DNA from: Mustelus asterias
Taxonomy: Eukaryota
NCBI RefSeq assembly: GCF_964213995.1
Contig: NC_135830.1
Location: 9,672,001-9,736,000, forward strand
Reading direction: 5' to 3'
Length of the DNA: 64,000 bases
The translations under genes were made by a program, and so were the position numbers. Shown one piece after another: positions 1-11,184 of this stretch; position 1 is the first letter of the stretch; every line of letters begins with the position of its first letter. The notes under the pieces were generated by a model. It saw only the letters and a list, made by a program, of their open reading frames with translations, did no database searches and was not told where the DNA came from.

Positions 1-318
1 AGCACTGACTTACTCTGAGTGTAACAAATACAATGTTTGTTCAAATAATAAGTCATGTTGCAGTATGTTAGCGAACACAGCATTGGATCCAATGTAATGG
101 TAATACAGTCAGTATCTCGTGCACCATAACCAAAGTTTCGGTTTCATTTGATAGTGTGAGTGAGTCATGGTCTATTGATATAATGTATTTAAATTCCGAT
201 GTGTGTTACTCTGCCACTGTCAGTATCAGACAATAACCTGTCTGTTACTCCAATTCTGCTGTATTCTACAACTGCAGTTTCAGTGTCTCTGAGGTCATTT
301 TAACTGCAGGTAATCTGA

Positions 319-643
319 CACGGTAGCGCAGTGGTTAGCACTGCTGCTTCACAGCTCCAGGGTCCCGGGTTCGATTCCCGGCTCGGGTCACTGTCTGTGT
401 GGAGTTTGCACATTCTCCTCGTGTCTGCGTGGGTTTCCTCCGGGTGCTCCGGTTTCCTCCCACAGTCCAAAGATGTGCGGGTTAGGTTGATTGACCAGAT
501 TAAAAATTGCCCCTTAGAATCCTAAAATGCGTAGGTTAGAGGGATTAGCAGGTAAATATGTGGGGGTAGGGCCTGGGTGGGATTGTGGTCGGTGCAGACT
601 CGATGGGCCGAATGGCCTCCTTCTACACTGTAGGGTTTCTATG
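319..643 (+). mobile_element. tRNA-derived SINE, HE1/V-SINE-like, full length
   Basis: A box (GTGGTTAGC) and B box (GGTTCGATTCC), central TGTGTGGAGTTTGCACATTCTCC...GGGTTTCCTCCGGGTGCTCCGGTTTCC core, CR1-like tail GGGCCGAATGGCCTCCTTCT; about 12 copies in the window. Confidence 0.9.
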
Positions 644-1469
644 ACATTAATGGAGACAAGAGGCCCAACAAACATTTGATTATAATAGGAGGACAAAGTG
701 TAAGGGAGCAATGATATTTTAAGGCGTCTGTGTTGTGGTGAGTGTCACTGGGAGGTGAGTGATAAAATACAAGTGGAAACATCATGACAGAGACACATGT
801 GACTGACTCGGCCTGACTGAGAGCTGTTATACTCGAGGCGAGAATATTGAGGACATGGGGAACTCCTGAGATTTCTGATATCTGAGGTGTATCTGTTAGA
901 GGAACTGAAAATAATCAGTTCCTCCTCATGGTCATCTCCAGTTCTCAAGTTACACAGACACACAGGAAAGAGATCTGACAGCTCATCAAACACAATATTT
1001 TAATCTTCTGTTTGAGACACATTATAACCGAAAAGATCAAATCTTAAAACCTTAGGAGAGAAACATTCAGAATGTCACAAAGATGAGTGAACTGTCCAAT
1101 TAATCCCATTCACCATAACTCTGCCAATTTACCTTCTGCAAGTATTTATCCAATTCCCTTTGAAAGCTACTATTAAACCTGCTTCTAGCACTTGTCAGTT
1201 TGTGCATTCCAGATCATATCAAGTTATTGTGTAAAACATTCTCCTTATCACCCCCTCCAGTTCTGTTGTTAATTGAATTAAATCTCTGTGTTCTCTGCTT
1301 ACAGACCCTCCTGCACCTAGCAAATCGATTCTCTCCATCGACAAACCCTCCTGCTCCTGGGAGATAATTTCTCTCCATTGACACTATCATAAATCATTTG
1401 TCATTTTAAACACCTCTATTAAATCTCCCCATCACATTCCCTCATCTAAGATGGATAACGCATGTTTTT

Positions 1470-1568
1470 CCTGCCCTGAAGAATTATATGGACTCAAAAT
1501 GTTAACTGTTTCTCTCTGAACAGATGCCGCCGGACCTGCCGGGTTTTTCTGCTTTTCTCCCTGTTTTT
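1470..1568 (+). mobile_element. Degenerate Penelope-like terminal fragment (family 2) with decayed hammerhead
   Basis: CTGAAGAA...GACTC-AAAATGTT followed by TCTCTC..CAGATGC..GACCTGC; homologous to the reverse complement of the 20830-20930 and 44695-44784 copies. Confidence 0.55.
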
Positions 1569-1578
1569 CCCTCTGTAA

Positions 1579-1913
1579 TCATAGAATCATAGAAACCCTA
1601 CAGTGCAGAAGGAGGCCATTCGGCCCATCGAGTCTGCACCGACCACAATCCCACCCAGGCCCTACCCCCACATATTTACCCGCTAATCCCTCTAACCTAC
1701 ACAGGACTCGAAGGGGCAATTTTTAACCTGGCCAATCAACCTAACCCGCACATCTTTGGACTGTGGGAGGAAACCGGAGCACCCGGAGGAAACCCACGCC
1801 GACACAAGGAGAATGTGCAAACTCCACACAGACAGTGACCCGAGCCGGGAATCGAACCCAGGACCCTGGAGCTGTGAAGCAGCAGTGCTAACCACTGTAC
1901 TACTGTGCCGCCC
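1579..1913 (-). mobile_element. HE1/V-SINE-like SINE
   Basis: Near-complete reverse complement of 319-643. Confidence 0.9.
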
Positions 1914-2759
1914 AATCAGAAATTCTTCATGATTTTGAACATCTCGATTAAATAGGAACACACAGAGACTGAGAGAGATACAGAGGAAAGGAGAGACAGA
2001 AAGACTGAGAGAAAAATTGAGAAAGATTTTAAAAAGCAGAAAGTTGAGGTGGTCAAAGATAAAAGCTGAGAAATAGAGGAAACAAGCAATACAGAGAGAA
2101 TGATATAAAATATAAGGGAGCAGGCTATCAGTTCCCAGCTATGGGGAGCAGAGGGAACTCAGTAACTGATCCACAGACACAGCTGGTTATATCTGAGAAT
2201 GGAAACTCTGAACAGAAATAACTGGCTCATTTGTAAATGTCACCACAATGTGACCTGTGAGACTCTGCCCTGACTCTGTGGACAGATATCGGTCACATTG
2301 ACAGATGTTCTCACCAGATTGTTGTGCCTGGATTTATTTTCTGCTCAGAAATGAGAAGTGCGTTTTTGAACCGGCAGCAGAGAAACAGGAAGTTGTGTTA
2401 CCCGAGAATGAAACAGCCGGTGTCAGTTTGATGTTATCACCGTGAACAGTCTTCCTGTCTGTGAGGGTGAACTCACTCTGACAGCATCAAGAACAACCAC
2501 ACAGATTGCTGCCGCTCTCAGCATTACATTCACCTCCATTCCCATTTTAAACAATAAAGAAAGGAGATTATTTGGGTTTTTAACATTCACTGAATTGGGA
2601 GATTGACTGAGGGTCATCACTGGGAGAAATGAGGAGGAATTAGAGAACAAATGAGTTTTCCCAAAGAGGGTTATTAGAAAAGAGGAGATTTAAAGTGAGT
2701 CAGGGCCTGTCAGAGGCAGTGGTAGAGAGAAGCAGGGAGGATTGAATCTCCATCAATTA

Positions 2760-3130
2760 GATGTTTTCTCAGACAGCGAAGAGAGATGAAGTTTGTTTGT
2801 GCCTTTTCAGAGAGAGGTAACGAGAGAGAGAAAACAATGAATAAGTTTAAGCAGATCTGAAATAGGAAGGTTAAATGAGTGAGTGTTTGAAAGAAAGATA
2901 GAGAGACATTAAGTGATGAACACAGTATCTGAGAGGGAAGAGGTTAAGTGAATGAGAGAGGAGTGAGGTTAGAATGTAAGAGAGATGGAAGGTAACGTGT
3001 GAGTGAATGCCTGGAGAGAGAGAGAGAGAGAGATGTTCAGTGAGTGTTAGAGAGATGAGAGAGGTTAAGTGATTGAGTTTCTGAGAGAGAGGAGATGTTG
3101 AGTGAGTGAATGTCTGAAAGAGAGGAGAGC
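2760..3130. repeat. GA-rich low-complexity tract including a (GA)n microsatellite
   Basis: Purine-rich degenerate GAGAGAGG...GTTAAGTGAGTGA units; (GA)n near 3014-3032. Confidence 0.7.
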
Positions 3131-4042
3131 AGGTTCACACCCAGGGGTCACTGAGAATGATCAAAATAAGGAGATCACCCAGAAAACTACCAACAGGAAA
3201 CTTCAGCTGAACACATCACTCATTCTTAAATGGTCAGTCAGGGCTCTGTTGCTGCTCAGCTTCTCTCTGTTCTGTTTATAATGGTTAAAGGCTGATAGGA
3301 GTGAGGTTTATTTAAAAGGATAGTGTATGGGAAGCACACATCAACAAAACTGAGAATTCTTGGACACACACTGCAGCTCCTTCTCTATCTGGGAATCAAA
3401 TTGTTGTCTAATTGTCCCAGCAGTTAACAGGCTCCTTTGAACTTCTCCAGCTGCTACTTTAATGCAGACTTCCACCAATTTATTTGAAGCCAGTTTCTGT
3501 TCAATAAACCAGGACTGACACACACACATTAAAATGTTTTACACTTTTCTTCATTCTAAGTCTGGAAACCTAAACCTGCCGTTTCACTCTCAGTCAGGAA
3601 TAGATCCCAGTTTTACACCAATCTTTGACAGCACGTTTCCCGCATTCACCATTGTTCTTCCTGACTCTAAACACAGTTGTAAAGGAGCTTCTGTTCTGTG
3701 TCTGGGAGCTCGGAACCATGGAAAAGAACGACTGGGACACATTTCTCACACACCTCAGGATTCATCCACACGGGGACTTTGCTGTCAGTGAAAAGTGACG
3801 AAAAAGACCAAAGTGCTGTTTGTCCCTCTCAGCGTGACCCTGAAGGACTGTGTCAAGAATGAAGTTCTGTTCCTACTGTATGATCCTCCCTCAGATTGCC
3901 CTTTCTGAGCTCCAGCCTGGTGACGTTAAACACTCAAATGGAAAAGACAAAAATCTACAACAATGATTCAATCAAATGTCTATTTCACATTTATTCAGAA
4001 TATCAAACCTCAACAGAAGAAAAAAGTCAGAGTGAAGATGAT

Positions 4043-5173
4043 TCAGACCTGGATATGATTAACAGCATCAATAAGTGTAGAATCCAAACCTTGCAGTCCC
4101 TTGTGAACTCGCCGGTGTGTTAGCAGGTGGGATGACTGAATAAATCCCTTTCCACAGACATTACAGGTGAATGGCCTCTCCCCAGTGTGAACTCGCTGGT
4201 GTTTCAGAAGATAAGATAAATGAGAAAATCCCTTCCCACAGACAGAGCAGGTAAATGGCCTCTCCCCACTGTGAACTCTCTGATGTGTCAGCAGGTTGGA
4301 TGACTGACTGAATCCCTTCCCACACATGGAGCAGGTGAACGGCCTCTCCCCAGTGTGAACTCGCTGGTGATTCAATAGGTTGGATGAACGAGTGAATCCC
4401 TTCCCACACACGGAGCAAGTGAATGGCCTCTCCTCACTGTGAACCTGCTGGTGTGTCAGAAGGTTGTATGAACGGGTGAATCTCTTCCCACATTCAGAGC
4501 AGGTGAACGGTCGATCCCCTGTATGGAGCTGCTGGTGTATCAGAAGGTTGGATGAATTAATGAATCCCTTCCCACAGTCTGAGCAGGTGAAGGGCCTCTC
4601 CCCAGTGTGAATTCTCTGGTGGTTCAATAGGGCAGGTGGACGGCTGAATCCCTTCCCACACACACAGCAGGTGAATGGCCTCTCCCCAGCGTCAGCAGAT
4701 CCTTTTTGTTTTTAAAGCTCTTCGCACAGTGGGAACAATTAAAAAGTTTGTTATCAGAGTGAACAAGTTGATGTGTCTGCAGGTGGGATGACTGAATGAA
4801 TCCTTTCCCACACAGAGCAGGTGAATGGTCTCTCCCCAGTGTGAATACGTTGGTGCGTCAGCAGATCTTTTTTGCATTTAAAACTCTTCTCACAGTCAGA
4901 ACATGTAAACATTCTCTCATCTGTGTGAACAAGTTGGTGTGTCACAATGTGGGATGAGCGAGTGAATCCCTTCCCACACACAGGGCAGGTGAACGGCCTC
5001 TCCCCAGTGTGAACCCGTCGGTGAGTCAGAAGGTTGTATGAATGGGTGAATCCCTTCCCACAAACAGAGCAGGTGAACGGTCTCTCCCCAGTGTGACTGC
5101 GCCGATGAACTTCCAGTTGTGATGGGAAACCGAATCCTTTCCCGCACTCCACACATTTCCACGGTTTCTCCAT
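4043..5173 (-). pseudogene. C2H2 zinc-finger array A, about 13 fingers, frameshifted (or a truncated 4-finger product)
   Basis: accATG-EKPWKC start at 5173; 4 intact fingers, a 2-nt TG loss near 4810 (TCT GTG TGG GAA) giving a stop at 4754, a second deletion near 4690, then 7 intact fingers (ORF 4043-4663); acceptor TTTTTACAG|GATAT at 5526/5525. Confidence 0.85.
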
Positions 5174-6069
5174 GGTGCCCTTGTGTTTCTCCAGGTTGGA
5201 TGATCAGTTCAAGCCACATCCACACACACAACATACACGTAGTTTCACCCTGCTGTGAACTGTGATGTTTTTTCAGGCTGTGTAACTGGTTAAAGCTCTT
5301 TCCACATTCAGTTCACTGGAACACTCTCACTCGGGTGTGTGTTTGTCTCGATGCTTTTCCGGTCATACTGATGTTTAATTTATTTGCCCACAGGCAGAAC
5401 AGACAAATATTTCTCTTTCTATATTCAAAGACCGATGATATTCAGCTCCGAAGGAACTGAATGACTTTGTCAGATGTGATGTCCGGTTTGAGTTTTCTGT
5501 CTGCCAATCTTTCACTTCCAATATCCTGTAAAAACAGTTTAGAAAAGTCATCACTGTCAGAACACGATACAAACTCTGAACAGACAATTCTAGTTTCTCT
5601 GGAACATTTTTTCCTTTCTTGTTCCCCCAAATCAGTAAATCCCCGTCCCACACACTCTCCCTCCTCCCTGGGCTGAAATCCAAACCCATCTCACCATTTC
5701 TTTCCTCCACTCCCAGTTTTCTCCCTCCCTCTCCTCTATCTGGATTCAGTTCTCCAGCTCCTGTCTGCAGACTGACAATAAAACCAATGGGTCTTACTGG
5801 GGGTGTTGGGGCCTCCAGCGGGTGTTTGTGAATCCTCCCCGCCCACCTCCCAGGGTTTCCTTCCTTCCCAGAGATCAGAGTCCTCATTGATTTGAGGCCA
5901 AAGTGTAACCTCTTATTTATTGTCCCCCTCCCCCATCCTCTGATGTGAACCATCCTCCAGTGGCTGAGCCAGGATGGGGCCGTTAACCTGGGCCTGTTCC
6001 CGGGAGGGAGGGAGGGAGGGAGAAGCCCCGCAGCTGCAAACCAGGGAGCTGACAATGATTCTGAAGGGT

Positions 6070-6500
6070 TTGCGGATCCACAAAGTGTTTCCAAATCCTC
6101 CCAGCCACCGCCTAACGCTGACTCCGCTTCTCCGGGACAAACAAGCGCCAAGGACAGCAATGACACTGCGCATGCTCCACATCACAATGCCCGGGGACTG
6201 ATTGACGGCAGCTCCGGACCAATAGGAAGAGGGGTCGGGGCTGGGGGACCGAACGGGAGCGGCTGGTCCTCCAACCAATCGGAGTGAATGAGGGGCGGGA
6301 CTGGAGGACCGAATGGGAGCGGCTGGTCCTCCAACCAATCGGAATGAATGAGGGGCGGGACCTGAAGCATGCGCAGTGCGGGTGAACCAGATAAACTGTT
6401 GGACTTTAACCTGGTGTTGTTTGACTTGTTGCTGTGTTTACCCCAGTCCAACGCCGGCATCTCCACATCACTGCGGGTAATGGCGACGGACGGCCGGTTT
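6070..6500. promoter_or_regulatory. CpG-rich, probably bidirectional promoter module P1
   Basis: CCAAT at 6219, 6275 and 6335; GGGGCGGG boxes; 60-bp tandem duplication 6241-6361; NRF1-like GCGCATGC at both ends; YY1-like TAATGGCG near 6478; lies between divergent genes A and B. Confidence 0.7.
6384..6471 (+). mobile_element. Penelope-like family 1 3'-terminal fragment inserted in promoter P1
   Basis: Matches the reverse complement of 7145-7220 and 30336-30420; flanked by TGCGGGT direct repeat (6377-6383, 6472-6478); the paralogous promoter near 29900 lacks it. Confidence 0.75.
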
Positions 6501-6742
6501 TAGTTTGGAAGCGAGATCAATACGAGGTAGAGGGCGGCGTGCGGGGAATGATAAATGTGGCGGGTGGGTCGAGAGGCTTTGTAAACATGTAGTTCAAACC
6601 CAAACCCCGGAAATGAACTTCCCGGTTCCCCCCCTTTGTACCAAATGGAGCGGCAGCTTGTAGTGTTAGACCCGGGCTGACTGCCGCCATTGAGGCTGCA
6701 TGTGGGAGGCCGGCAGGGATTGTGATCGGAGAGTGAAGCCCC

Positions 6743-6936
6743 GACGTCACAATGGAATGGCTGAGGGTGTGACGTCACAATGGAATGGGTGAGGGTGTGA
6801 CGTCACAATGGAATGGGTGAGGGTGTGACGTCACCATGGAATGGGTGAGGGTGTGACATCACAATGGAATGGGTGAGGGTGTGACGTCACAATGGAATGG
6901 GTGAGGGTGTGAGGTCACAATGGAATGGGTGAGGGT
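6743..6936. repeat. 28-bp minisatellite, 7 copies, carrying the CRE palindrome
   Basis: Unit GACGTCACAATGGAATGGGTGAGGGTGT starting at 6743, 6771, 6799, 6827, 6855, 6883 and 6911. Confidence 0.95.
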
Positions 6937-6988
6937 TCCAGATGAGCTGAGACTGGGCTGGAGTCGGGCGATGGCACTGACATGTGGC

Positions 6989-7148
6989 CCGGTGGCACAG
7001 TGGTTAGTGCAGCTGCTTAACAGCGCCAGGGACCCGGGTTCAATTCCAGCCTCGGGTCACTGTCTGTGCAGAGTTTCTACATTCTCCCCGTGTCTGTGTG
7101 GGTTTCTTCCGGATGTTCCGGTTTTCCTTCCACAGTCCAAAGATGTGC
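6989..7148 (+). mobile_element. HE1/V-SINE-like SINE, 3'-truncated at a Penelope-like fragment
   Basis: Head and core present up to CAGTCCAAAGATGTGC. Confidence 0.85.
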
Positions 7149-7527
7149 CGGCGTTGGACTGGGGTAAGCACAGTAAGTAATCTCACAACACCAGGTTAAA
7201 ATCCAACAGGTTTATTTGGTAGCACAAGCCACAAGCTTTCAGAGCACTGCCCCTTCATCAGGTGAGTGGGAGTTCTGTTCACAAACAGGGCATATAAAGA
7301 CACAAACTCAATTTACAAGATAATGGTTGGAATACGAGTCTTTAAACGTAATCAAGTCTTAAAGGTACAGACAATGTGAGTGGAGAGAGGGTTAAGCACA
7401 GGTTAAAGAGATGTGTATTGTATCCAGCCAGGACAGTTAGTGAGATTTTGCAAGCCCAGGCAAGTCGTGGGGGTTACAGATAGTGTGACATGAACCCAAG
7501 ATCCCGGTTGAGGCCGTCCTCATGTGT
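7145..7527 (-). mobile_element. Penelope-like element family 1, 3' portion
   Basis: Near-identical to 30345-30727, which is contiguous with a GIY-YIG coding remnant. Confidence 0.8.
7229..7267 (-). ncRNA. Minimal type I hammerhead ribozyme motif
   Basis: Minus strand CUCAC-CUGAUGA-A-GGGGC-AGU-GCUCU-GAAA-GC-UU-GUGG: core boxes, stem II, palindromic AGCU stem III, stem I. Confidence 0.7.
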
Positions 7528-7654
7528 GATTGACAGATCCATGCTCACTGCTTCTTGCCCTGGATGCAGAGAGCTGAAAATTTCCATGCAGGATGCCAGA
7601 CAGATAAATGTCTACATTACTGGAGTAAAAATGTGTGGAATATACAGACCGAAT

Positions 7655-8335
7655 TCACTTCATTTCCTTCAGTTGCTGCAAGTCCCCAACTTCCCCCAGA
7701 ATGAGAAAAGAAATGGAAAGGGGGAAACATTGATTTCCTCCCAGATGTTGAACAGAGGAGGGAGTTTCACTCTGAAGCTCATTGGACAACTTCCGCATTG
7801 TGACGTCACAATAGTGTCCTGCCTGAATCAGCCAATAGGAATCACTCTGCTTCGCGGTGACGTCTCCGGGTTCCAGTTCTCAGGCCCGGGCGCGCGGACC
7901 CAGGAGCCCCGCCCCCACCCATTGTTCCCCTCCCCCTACACCTCCTTGAACCAAGGTTTCCAGGCAACCGGCTGATGGCTCCAGCAAGAGCGAGAAGCCG
8001 CTCAGTGAACTCTCCCTCCCCCCGGCCCAGGACTCCACATGTGCGAGGGAGAGGGGAAGCTGCGCATGTGCGGGGGAGAACCCACCCTCTGATCTTCATG
8101 CTGAGGTGTTGACCAATGGGAAGAGTTGGAGGACCGGAAGGACTCTGGTCTTCCAGCCAATCAGAGTGTGGGCTTTGTGTGAATGAAGATTGATCTTCAG
8201 ACAGACTCAAACTTCCTCCTGTCTCAAACATCTGTGAGTAAAACACTTTCTCTTCAACCCCCTTTCCATTTCTTTTCTCATTCTGGGGGAAATTGGGGAC
8301 TTGCAGCAACTGAAGAGAAAGGAAGTGAATCCAGT
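7655..8335. promoter_or_regulatory. Second CpG-rich promoter module P3 flanked by inverted arms; probable exon 1 of gene B
   Basis: ATTGG/CCAAT boxes, 16-bp palindrome ATTGTGACGTCACAAT (7797-7812), GC box, GCGCATGTGCG, donor GTGAGT at 8234; arms ~7655-7770 and ~8205-8330 are reverse complements. Confidence 0.6.
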
Positions 8336-8389
8336 GAGGGTGCAGACTCTGGAAAGGTTGGCCCAGGTTTCTCGCTCTCTCGAACCAGA

Positions 8390-9575
8390 AAATGATCCAT
8401 TTCTGCCCACTGTTTGCTGTTAGCCAATCTTCTATCCACGCCAATATGTTATCCCCACAGCATGAACTTTTATTTGCTGCAATAACCTTTGATGTGGCAC
8501 CTCATCAAATGTCTTCTGGAAATCTGAGTACAGCACATCCACCGGTTTCCCTTTATCCAATGCCCGATGGGGAATTTTAGAAAATTGAACAACACATCAA
8601 CGATCTCACTCTGTTAAGACCCGAGAATGAAGCCCAGCAGGACCCGAGGACTCATCAGCCCACAGCTCCAACAGTTTGCTGAGGACCACTTCCCTGGGAA
8701 TTGTGCTTTTTCAGAGTTCATCCCACACTTCTGTTTTCTGATTTCCAGCTGTTTCTGAGTTTTAACTGTAACCTCTATTGTGAACACCGAGGCAAAATAC
8801 TTGTTCAATTCATCTCCCAGCTCCTTATTTTTCATTATCAATTCCTGGACTCACTTTCTATTAGACAGTTAAGAAATGAGGTGGAGCAAGTGACTGAAGT
8901 GTCAGTCAGGGAGCACTATTGGGAGCACCAATAGTTTCAAAATAGTTCAGGAAAAAGATAGGACAGGTCCACAGGTCAAGGCCCTAAACTGGAGCAGGGC
9001 CACTTTTGTGGGCATTAGGCAGGATCGAGCAGATGTCGATTAGGTGAGTTTGTTTGAAGGGAAAGGAATGACTGGCAAATGGGAGGTTTTAAAAGTGTGA
9101 TATCAAGAATCCAGGGGCAGTATATTCCTGTTAAGATGAAGGGAAAGAATGGTAAATTTAAGGATCTCTGGCAGACAAGGGACATTGAGGCTCTGGTCAG
9201 GTAAAAGAAGGAAGCATACATTGGGTTTAGGCAATCGGGGACAAGTGAATCACTCTGACTATAAAAAGTGTAAGAAAATACTGAGGAGGGAAATCAGGAG
9301 GACAAAAAGAGGGTATGATATGGATCTGGCAGGTAAGATTAAAGAAAATTCCAAGAGGTTCTATAGCTATATTAAGAGTAAGACGGTGGCTAGAGAGAGA
9401 ATAGATCCCCTTAAAAATCAGTATGGCCATCTGTGTGTGGAGCTACAGGAGATGGGTGAGATTTTTAATGAATACTTCTCCTCTGTGTTTACTGCGGAGA
9501 GCACCATGGGGGCTAAAGAAATAAGGGAAACAAGTGGTGATGTCTTGGGCACACGCTCGTTACTTGGGAGGAGGT
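8390..9575. mobile_element. Degenerate CR1-clade LINE ORF2 fragments (minus ~8390-8860, plus ~8870-9575)
   Basis: LNKYFASVFT and KENSKRFYSYIKSK...IFNEYFSSVFT motifs, typical of the CR1 endonuclease-RT linker. Confidence 0.8.
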
Positions 9576-9589
9576 ATCTGTAGCCTTAT

Positions 9590-9774
9590 AAAAGCAAATT
9601 ACTGCGGATGCTGGCGTCTGAAGCCAAGGGAGAAAATGCTGGAAAATCTCAGCAGGTCTAGCAGCATCTGTAAGGAGAGAAAAGAGCTGATGTTTCTTGA
9701 CGAAATGACCCTTTGTCAAAGCTCTGAAACATCAGTTCTTTTCTCTCCATCCAGGTGCTGCCAGACCTGCTGAG
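9590..9774. mobile_element. Penelope-like family 2 terminal fragment in inverted (fold-back) configuration
   Basis: ~49-bp inverted arms (9647-9696, 9726-9774) around a decayed hammerhead core (minus strand UUGACAA-GGGUC...GAAA). Confidence 0.65.
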
Positions 9775-10256
9775 AATGGGGAGAGAGTGTGTGGGATGGA
9801 GATTTACAGCTTTTGGGGAATGAGAGAGGAAAGAATGTTCCATAGAAATTGTTCTGAATTTCTATCCTGTACTGACACTGATGACTTTTGGAAACTCATT
9901 TTCAGGATATTGAAAGAGGAATCACAGGCCGAAATCTCAAACGTCATGTCTCGGCGTGACAGAATCGTGTTCCTTGGGACCTCAATATCATCGGACTTTG
10001 AATCCAGAAGGAGAAATGATTGTCCAGTCTGTCGATTTGAAAAGATTTGAAATGTCAGTGTGAGTGAAAAAGCATCAACACACTGCCACACTTGAGTGAG
10101 AGTGTTCCAATGCACTGACTAAAGAGCTTTAACCAGTTACACAGTCTGAATAAATATCACACCATTCACAGCGGGTAGAGACTGTAATCTTGTCCTGTGT
10201 GTGGACGAAGTTTCAACTGATTGTCCACCCAAGAGTGAGGCAAGGAAACCTGCACC

Positions 10257-10931
10257 ATGGAGAAACCATGGAAATGTGGGGACTGTGGGAAGGGATACAG
10301 AGCCCCATGTCTGCTGGAAGCTCATCGGCGCAGCCACACTGGGGAGAGGCTGTTCATCTGCCCTCAGTGTGAGAAGGGATTTAATCAGTTCTCCAGCTTA
10401 CGGACACACCAACGAGTTCACACTGGGGAGAGACCATTCACCTGCTCTCAATGTGGGAAGGGATTCATTCAGTCATCCCACCTGCGGACACACCAGCGAG
10501 TTCACACTGGGGAGAGGCCATTCACCTGCTCTCAGTGTGGGAAGGGATTCACTCAGTTATCCAGCCTGCAGACACACCAGCGAGTTCACACTGGGGAGAG
10601 GCCATTCACCTGCTCTCAGTGTGGGAAGGGATTCACTCAGTTATCCAGCCTGCAGACACACCAGCGAGTTCACACTGGGGAGAGGCCGTTCACCTGCTCT
10701 CAGTGTGGGAAGGGATTCACTCGGTTACCCGACCTGCGGACACACCAGCGAGTTCACACAGGGGAGAAACCATTCACCTGCTCTCAGTGTGGGAAGGGCT
10801 TCACTCGGTCATCCACCCTGCGGACACATCAGCCAGTTCACACTGGGGAGAGGCCATTCACCTGCTCTCAGTGTGGGAAGGGTTTCAGCGTTTCATCCCG
10901 GCTGCTGAGACACCAGCGAGTTCACGAGTGA
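10257..10931 (+). CDS. C2H2 zinc-finger protein B, 8 fingers, no effector domain seen
   Basis: Intact 224-aa ORF, accATGG context, TGERPF linkers; acceptor TTTTCAG|GATAT at 9905/9906; fingers 4 and 5 identical. Confidence 0.9.
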   Translation: MEKPWKCGDCGKGYRAPCLLEAHRRSHTGERLFICPQCEKGFNQFSSLRTHQRVHTGERPFTCSQCGKGFIQSSHLRTHQRVHTGERPFTCSQCGKGFTQLSSLQTHQRVHTGERPFTCSQCGKGFTQLSSLQTHQRVHTGERPFTCSQCGKGFTRLPDLRTHQRVHTGEKPFTCSQCGKGFTRSSTLRTHQPVHTGERPFTCSQCGKGFSVSSRLLRHQRVHE

Positions 10932-11184
10932 TGACAGGGGTTGGATTCTGCTGTTATTGTTTCTGCTCTCAGTTGCATCCAGGATTGCATTTTGTTCATT
11001 CTCACAGTTGGTCAATGGGAAGGGTCAGAGGGTTTCTTTGTGCTGGACTGGCCGGTCTCAGCCTCCAGTGGGCTGATGCTCTTTGAACCTTTTTGTGAAT
11101 ACCTGGTTTCAAATGTCACAAGGATCACAGAGTGACAGGGTGTTAGGAAGTTTAGAGATATTGAGTCAGAAGAAAACAGAGGTT

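Noticed and set aside
319-400. tRNA genes at SINE heads (also 19695, 26198, 54242 and others)
   Set aside because: A and B boxes run straight into SINE core and tail; no standalone cloverleaf gene
331-525. Recurrent short ORFs such as MVSTAASQ... and MAQWLALLPHS...
   Set aside because: Translations of SINE sequence, mostly from non-ATG starts
5375-6338. 263-aa and other GC-rich ORFs in promoter regions (also 53856-54395, 7842-8444)
   Set aside because: They cross promoter and intron modules, their frames are not conserved between paralogous copies, and no domain is recognisable
6743-6936. CRISPR-like array of 28-bp palindromic repeats
   Set aside because: Units are contiguous with no unique spacers, there are no cas genes, and the context is vertebrate; it is a minisatellite
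9906-10256. KRAB/SCAN/BTB or other coding effector domain upstream of the arrays
   Set aside because: No matching motif; the region is made of dead fingers with stops and indels
10257-10931. Assigning named ZNF symbols or PRDM9 to the arrays
   Set aside because: Lineage-specific arrays with no recognisable orthology; no PR/SET domain seen
10201-11086. Long alternative-frame ORFs over ZNF arrays ([18 protein letters not shown]; [13 protein letters not shown])
   Set aside because: Expected by-product of repetitive finger codons; no independent evidence of coding
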